Positions 58,984 through 64,000 of a stretch of DNA of 64,000 nt are shown piece after piece. The DNA comes from Chlorobiaceae bacterium. Lineage in GTDB: Bacteria > Bacteroidota > Ignavibacteria > UBA10030 > SZUA-254. The stretch covers positions 53,415-117,414 of the forward strand of contig PNNN01000051.1 of assembly GCA_013824245.1 (NCBI GenBank), written 5' to 3'. The notes under the pieces were generated by a model. It did not search any database. It saw nothing but the letters and a program-made list of their open reading frames with translations, and was not told the DNA's origin. Within the stretch, counting starts at the first letter, position 1. Each line of letters starts with the position of its first letter. The translations under genes were made by a program, and so were the position numbers.

Positions 58984-60227
58984 TTTTCCACTCCTCTGAT
59001 TGTATATTTTTTGGGTTGGGCAGTTTGTTGACCGGGTAAGCTTATGACAGGAAAATTCATGACAATAAATCTGTACGCGAGAACCAACAGTGCCACAAAT
59101 CCCACAGTTACCGAAATTTCACCGAATGATGGAAAATACGATTCGGTTGAATAAGGTGGCGTATATGCAACAACAAAATTATTTATTCGGTTCAACAATA
59201 CTCCGAAAACAACAAGTGCCGATGCTGTAAAAAGAAGCGGAGGTGATTTCAAAACTTTTGGTGATAAGAACATTCTTAATGGAATAATTACGCCCAAAAC
59301 AACTTCGATTGAAAACATTACGCTCGCAGTTGTAAATTCATTTAAATAAACAAACGTTTCTCTGATGAACATATCACCGATCTTAAACGCAAGATATATT
59401 CCCAGCAATGGTGCGATCATCGAACCTAATCTTGAAAGAATGTGCATTTCAGGTTTTAACTTTAGTGAACGCGAAGCTATCAGAGATTCAAAAATCACCA
59501 TCGGGAAACCAACAGAAACCGCAGATAGTAAAAATAACAACGGGAGAACAGGGGTTTGCCAGAGCGGATGCATCTTTGGTCCGGCAATAACCATTAATGT
59601 GCCGAGTGAAGACTGATGAAGTGTTGAGAGAACAACTCCTGCAATTATAAATATGAACATGGTTTTTGAAAGTCCGCGATCAAGTAATCTCAATATTTTA
59701 TCGGCGGGTTTGTTTAAGGCAGTGAGTAATCCGGGTAGATTAACTTTTCCGATAAATCGTTCTGTAACAATCGGAAGAAATTCAATGTAGAGAACCGTCA
59801 TATAAATCATAACGCAGATGCCGACTTCAAACAAAGCCGAATTTCCATTCCACATAATTAATGGATGCCAGATGAAGTACCATCTTCCTATATCAACAAA
59901 AACTCCTACTGCAACAAAAGTATAGCCGAGCATAGCCGTTAACAATGCGGGGCGTACAATGGCATGATATTCTTCTTTGTGCATAACATGGCCGAAAGCT
60001 GCGGTTGTAAATCCACCAGCGGCAAGCGCAACACCGGCAGCAACATCAACTCCAATCCATAATCCCCATGGGTATTGATCGTTAAGATTCGTTACCGCAC
60101 CCAAGCCAAAGAAAAATCTTCCCATCAGGAAAACTAAACCATTGAGGGCAATTACGATGAGTACATAAACACCGGGTGTAAAAAATTTATGTTTGATTGG
60201 AACGGGATTAACTAATTCGTGGCTCAT
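58980..60227 (-). CDS. NrfD/HybB/HmcC family integral membrane quinol-interacting subunit
   Basis: GLGAVTNLNDQYPWGLWIG.DV..GVALAAGG, DIGR, SALFEV and LSTLHQSSLG motifs. Confidence 0.92.
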   Translation of the reverse strand: MSHELVNPVPIKHKFFTPGVYVLIVIALNGLVFLMGRFFFGLGAVTNLNDQYPWGLWIGVDVAAGVALAAGGFTTAAFGHVMHKEEYHAIVRPALLTAMLGYTFVAVGVFVDIGRWYFIWHPLIMWNGNSALFEVGICVMIYMTVLYIEFLPIVTERFIGKVNLPGLLTALNKPADKILRLLDRGLSKTMFIFIIAGVVLSTLHQSSLGTLMVIAGPKMHPLWQTPVLPLLFLLSAVSVGFPMVIFESLIASRSLKLKPEMHILSRLGSMIAPLLGIYLAFKIGDMFIRETFVYLNEFTTASVMFSIEVVLGVIIPLRMFLSPKVLKSPPLLFTASALVVFGVLLNRINNFVVAYTPPYSTESYFPSFGEISVTVGFVALLVLAYRFIVMNFPVISLPGQQTAQPKKYTIRGVEK

Positions 60228-61138
60228 ATTTTTTCTTCCTCTTCTAATTCTTTACGACGTTTTGTAATCCACATGATTCCGCCCAGCAGTGCATATAAAG
60301 AAACAGGCGGAACGAAGTAAGCGAAAATTCCATGCTGGATAGATTCGGAAACACCGGGGGCAGGATTTTTTCCCAAATCGGGAAAATCAAGTTCCTTAAA
60401 TTCTTTAGAAGCAAGGTACATCCATGAAGTGCCTCCAACCTCATATTCACCCAAAATATGATTAACATAACGATTAGGATTTCGTTTAATACGATTACGT
60501 GCAATTTTAATTAGTTCATGTCTGGGTCCACATGTAAGTGCTTCAACCGGACAAATGTTAACACAGGCGGGAAGTTTTCCATCTTTTGTTCTATTAAAAC
60601 AAAAATCGCATTTCATGATTAATGGATTAATTGCTTTGTCGTACTCGAATGCCGGAATCTGGAACGGGCACGCAGCCATACAATAACGGCAGCCGATGCA
60701 CATATCTGTATCCCAGATAACCGATCCGTTTTCTTGTTTAGAAAAAGCGCCAACAATGCAGGCAGAGACACAAGCCGGATGATCGCAATGCATACACTGT
60801 ACTTTCACATCAACGGGAAGATTTGAATTTTTACCGTGAGGATATTCATTAACAACTGTAAGTGCTGTTTGATCAGGTCTTCTTTTAGTTTCTAGAATTT
60901 TTCTGTCTTCATAGGAATCTAAATTACCGGCAGGTAAATTATGAGCATCTTTGCAAGCCCATTCACAATTTCGACAGCCGACACAGGCAGTTGTATCAAC
61001 TAAAACTCCCATCCTGTCTTCTGATAAAATATTTTTAGGTCCTGCTTTTGCTGTTGATGCCGAAAGTCCTGTAGCCACAGACCCTATTGCTACAGATTTT
61101 TTTAGAAAATCGCGACGGCTTTTGCCAGACATTTTCAT
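60224..61138 (-). CDS. Tat-exported 4x[4Fe-4S] subunit, HybA/HmcB/NrfC family
   Basis: SRRDFLK Tat motif; CVGCRNCEWAC, QCMHCDHPACVSAC, CIGCRYCMAACP and KCDFC...PAC..ICP; C-terminal TM helix. Start at ATG 61138 or 61132. Confidence 0.93.
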   Translation of the reverse strand: MKMSGKSRRDFLKKSVAIGSVATGLSASTAKAGPKNILSEDRMGVLVDTTACVGCRNCEWACKDAHNLPAGNLDSYEDRKILETKRRPDQTALTVVNEYPHGKNSNLPVDVKVQCMHCDHPACVSACIVGAFSKQENGSVIWDTDMCIGCRYCMAACPFQIPAFEYDKAINPLIMKCDFCFNRTKDGKLPACVNICPVEALTCGPRHELIKIARNRIKRNPNRYVNHILGEYEVGGTSWMYLASKEFKELDFPDLGKNPAPGVSESIQHGIFAYFVPPVSLYALLGGIMWITKRRKELEEEEKI

Positions 61139-61352
61139 ACCTTTCAAAAAGGATTAAGACAATTTAACGATAAATACAGCGGGCTGTCCATCTTATTCTA
61201 AAATTATGCCAATATTATACTGAAAACATTTAAAATAAGAAAGTTTGAATTTATTGATTACGTTTAGATTTGCGGGCTTTAGATTTAACTTTGTTAGATT
61301 ACCACTTTAATAGAATTCTCAATATTGACAATTTAATTTTAAACAGTGATAA

Positions 61353-61387
61353 ATAAAAACCCCAGTAAGAATGACCGGGGTTTTTAT
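61353..61387 (-). terminator. Intrinsic (possibly bidirectional) terminator after the octaheme cytochrome gene
   Basis: ATAAAAACCCC ... GGGGTTTTTAT inverted repeat. Confidence 0.75.
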
Positions 61388-61407
61388 ATTGAGACTGCAA
61401 TTTCAAC

Positions 61408-62823
61408 TTATTTCATCAATAACATTTTTCTGGAGAATGTCATATTGTTGGTCTCGAGCTTGTAGAAATATAAACCGCTCGGTAAATTAGCCGGTGAAAA
61501 TGTTGCAGTATGAATTCCGGCGGGGAGCGATTGATTTTTTAATATTTTTCCTACTTCATGCCCGATCACATCATACACAGTTAATGTAACAAGTGATGCT
61601 TTTGGCAAATGAAATTCGATCGACGTCGATGGATTAAATGGATTCGGATAATTTTGGAGAAGTTCAAATTTCTCAGGGACTTGATTGCCCTGTTTAGATC
61701 GAACATCAGTTGTTAAAGTTGTATCGAATCCTAACTTTGACATCTGGTATTTTGTTAACGGTGTTGCGAAAAACATCTGATGACCATCCGGTGAGCTCTT
61801 ACCAATCGGCGACCAATTTTTTGATGGAACAACTGGATCTGTCGGAGCGCCGTTGTACGTTAGATAGTCCATCTTAAGAGAACGTTGATAATCTGCCGGA
61901 ATAGGAACTATTCCTGTTTTGGCTGTGATTGTGCTGTCGAGTGCATTCCACTTTGCAAAGTAGATTTCACCTGTAGCATTATACTCTGCGATTGCCGGAA
62001 TGTTACCGCCAAAGTTTTGATGACAGTCGACGCATTTGCGTCCAGTTGAATCGATTGTATGCGATGTAAAAGGTCCGAATGCTGCCCAGGCATTTCCCTG
62101 AAATGTGAGGGACTGGAATGTTGCCGGATAAACTTTGTTATCTTTCGTTCGATTAACGAGCATAACAAAATTATGAAGAGTTTGTTTTGCGCGTTTCTTT
62201 CCAACAATCTGACTTTCGAGATGGCAGCTATAGCATGATGCGACTGTTTTTGCATGGCAGGCAGTGCAATGTATCTTTCCTCCGTGTGGATCATAACTAG
62301 AATGATCCGGAAGAGTTGCTGGTGAATTATGACAATTATCACAATCGACAGTTATCGCTCCCGGTTCAAGCATTGAATTATAAACTGTCGAAGTTCCGTG
62401 CATATCGGCTGATGTGTGGCAATCCCAACATTTAAAACCGGCTGTGCGATGTACATCAGTATATCCAAGCGTAACTGCTTCAGTTTTTTGGCGACTGTGG
62501 CAACCGAGACATTGGTCAACTTTAATAGAATCTGGATTGAATGCAGAGTTTGTTGGATGACAATCGACGCATCCGGGAGTATAGTCGACTGGGTAAGCAA
62601 CTCCATCTGCGTCTAAAGGTCCGTGGCACTTCGTGCAACCCATACCTCCGCTGTCGATAGCGACGTTGGTCAACTGTTCAAATCCTCCATTTGCTTTACC
62701 ATACCAGAAGTTTTTGCCTGCTCGAGTTTTATGTAAGCTCGTATTGAAATCAGCTTGTGAAAAAATCGTACCATACACGAAAAAGCAGAGTATTGCTATC
62801 AATAATGGTCTAAAATTTTTCAT
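61408..62823 (-). CDS. Octaheme cytochrome c with T9SS C-terminal sorting domain
   Basis: AGGAG SD before the ATG at 62823; signal peptide; 8 CxxCH motifs; C-terminal LLQNYPNPFNPST.IEF...VYD..G...PSGLYFYKL...RKMLLMK. Confidence 0.92.
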   Translation of the reverse strand: MKNFRPLLIAILCFFVYGTIFSQADFNTSLHKTRAGKNFWYGKANGGFEQLTNVAIDSGGMGCTKCHGPLDADGVAYPVDYTPGCVDCHPTNSAFNPDSIKVDQCLGCHSRQKTEAVTLGYTDVHRTAGFKCWDCHTSADMHGTSTVYNSMLEPGAITVDCDNCHNSPATLPDHSSYDPHGGKIHCTACHAKTVASCYSCHLESQIVGKKRAKQTLHNFVMLVNRTKDNKVYPATFQSLTFQGNAWAAFGPFTSHTIDSTGRKCVDCHQNFGGNIPAIAEYNATGEIYFAKWNALDSTITAKTGIVPIPADYQRSLKMDYLTYNGAPTDPVVPSKNWSPIGKSSPDGHQMFFATPLTKYQMSKLGFDTTLTTDVRSKQGNQVPEKFELLQNYPNPFNPSTSIEFHLPKASLVTLTVYDVIGHEVGKILKNQSLPAGIHTATFSPANLPSGLYFYKLETNNMTFSRKMLLMK

Positions 62824-62929
62824 ATGAATAGCTCCTATATTAATTGATACATGCGGTGATTTAATATTAGTATTGATTTTATATTTCATTGATCATTGTT
62901 ATAAGCACAAATTGATGCAAAATAATCTT

Positions 62930-63388
62930 CTACCCAATTGTCCATTTTTTCATTGCCTGATGTAATTTCTCCATTGCAAAAATAACCGACTCGTCTGCGC
63001 CCGGTGGAAGTAAATCAAGAATATCCCTGTGTGCTTTTATATAAATTTGATCTATGGCGTGTTGTATTTTTTTCCCTGCATTTGTTATTGTTATCTTCAT
63101 AGTTCTGCGATCATTAACACCCAGCTCCCGCATAACAAATTTCTTTTCTACCAGACCATCAAGTATTCTGGTAAGTCGACTGCTTGAAAGCTCCATACGC
63201 TTAGCAAGGTCGCCTACGGAAAGAGAACTATCATCACGGAAACTTAGGAACAATTTAAATTCAGCAACTGTCAATCCTAAATTATTTGCCATCTGTTCTT
63301 GTTTTTGTTGGCATTGTTCAAGCAAGGCAAAAGTTAAATCTGCCATTTTCTCGGCTTGTTTATTTTTTTCTATTTCAGTGTTCTTCAT
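62930..63388 (-). CDS. MarR family transcriptional regulator
   Basis: GLTVAEF, LSVGDLAKRM.LSSSRLTRILDGL and DRR..KI.IT.AG motifs; start moved to the ATG at 63388, downstream of the promoter. Confidence 0.92.
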   Translation of the reverse strand: MKNTEIEKNKQAEKMADLTFALLEQCQQKQEQMANNLGLTVAEFKLFLSFRDDSSLSVGDLAKRMELSSSRLTRILDGLVEKKFVMRELGVNDRRTMKITITNAGKKIQHAIDQIYIKAHRDILDLLPPGADESVIFAMEKLHQAMKKWTIG

Positions 63389-63419
63389 TTCTCGATTGCT
63401 ATCAATATTTGCTACTAAC

Positions 63420-63448
63420 AATATATGACAATGCGATATAAAAATCAA
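63420..63448 (-). promoter_or_regulatory. Sigma70-type promoter of the marR-family gene
   Basis: Minus strand TTGATT-17 nt-TATATT. Confidence 0.6.
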
Positions 63449-64000
63449 GAAAAAATTTAGAAAATATTGAAAATAGAATAAAATGCTGAATTATACCATG
63501 TTTGTCATATCTGATCGTTATTATTGTCTATTTAATTTCGTATCCTCCTCATTCACCAACCCAAATATGGTTGTTCTACTGCGTTGTGTCGGTGCACCAA
63601 ATCATAGTTCAAATTGTACGTTGCCGTCAGTCTTGTCTGATTGACTATCTCTGAAATTCAGAAGAATTTTGAAACAAGTTATTTCCATTGCGGCGCCAAG
63701 ATGGGAGACACCGATATTTTATGATGAAAAGGTATCTGTTGCAACGGATATAAAGCTGTCCATGATATAATCAATGGCAACCAACTATATATGTATCATG
63801 ATTTTTTCCGGCATTCAGGGATTACACTGTCAATTCAAATGAATGCAAAATATGTTTTTCTCAACGACTCACAAGTATGTAATAAATTCATCGATTTTTC
63901 TGACTGTAAGCTTGCAATCGTTAATTTTCGTATTCACCTGATGGATTGCAACATCCGATTTGATGACGCGCGACGCAGAGGGTGAGCATTAACTTGAAAA

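Noticed and set aside
58980-61138. Hydrogenase-2 operon (hybAB)
   Set aside because: No NiFe large or small subunit and no hyp maturation genes in the window.
62895-62925. Sigma54-like motif upstream of the octaheme cytochrome gene
   Set aside because: Lacks the invariant GG, and the spacing to GC is one base too long.
1953-63428. Many 60-140 aa ORFs overlapping or antisense to well-supported genes
   Set aside because: They are shadows of the real coding frames, with no motifs of their own.
63450-64000. Possible gene or pseudogene at the right edge, including the 64-aa ORF at 63791-63985
   Set aside because: The frames I read on both strands are interrupted by stops and resemble no family I recognise; a degraded gene cannot be excluded without a translated search.

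Overview
Gene-dense, AT-rich bacterial chromosome segment. Type IX secretion (Por) C-terminal tails, E. coli-like TTGACA/TATAAT promoters, an 11-subunit complex I and many multiheme cytochromes suggest an Ignavibacteria-like member of the Bacteroidota/Chlorobiota group (inference). In order, the window holds: a heme cluster (hemB partial, hemY/G, hemH, hemE, hemD, hemC, hemA, ccsA/hemX) with inserted terC, hydrolase and glycosyltransferase genes; an M20 peptidase and a PduO-type adenosyltransferase; nuoABCDHIJKLMN without nuoEFG; an OmpR-type two-component pair; a porin + 12-heme + 11-heme lipoprotein cluster; a LeuB-like / HMG-CoA-lyase-like / family III CoA-transferase / LeuCD-like operon interrupted by a four-helix-bundle gene flanked by heptamer inverted repeats; a T9SS M1 peptidase; nfnAB-buk-ptb; PFOR with a DHOD-like partner and an Rrf2/Fe-S cluster; and a HybA/HybB/13-heme redox module. 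That last module is followed in the same operon by a heme-c histidine kinase and two receiver-GcvH-like fusion proteins lacking the lipoyl lysine, and sits next to a T9SS-tailed octaheme cytochrome. Best novelty candidates: the REC-GcvH signalling module, the T9SS-exported cytochrome, a self-contained ~70 nt rod-shaped sRNA with a CCUCCC loop, the synthase-less 2-oxoacid module and the inverted-repeat-flanked four-helix-bundle element. No tRNA, rRNA, CRISPR array or transposase was seen. All calls are by eye from motifs; no database searches were run.
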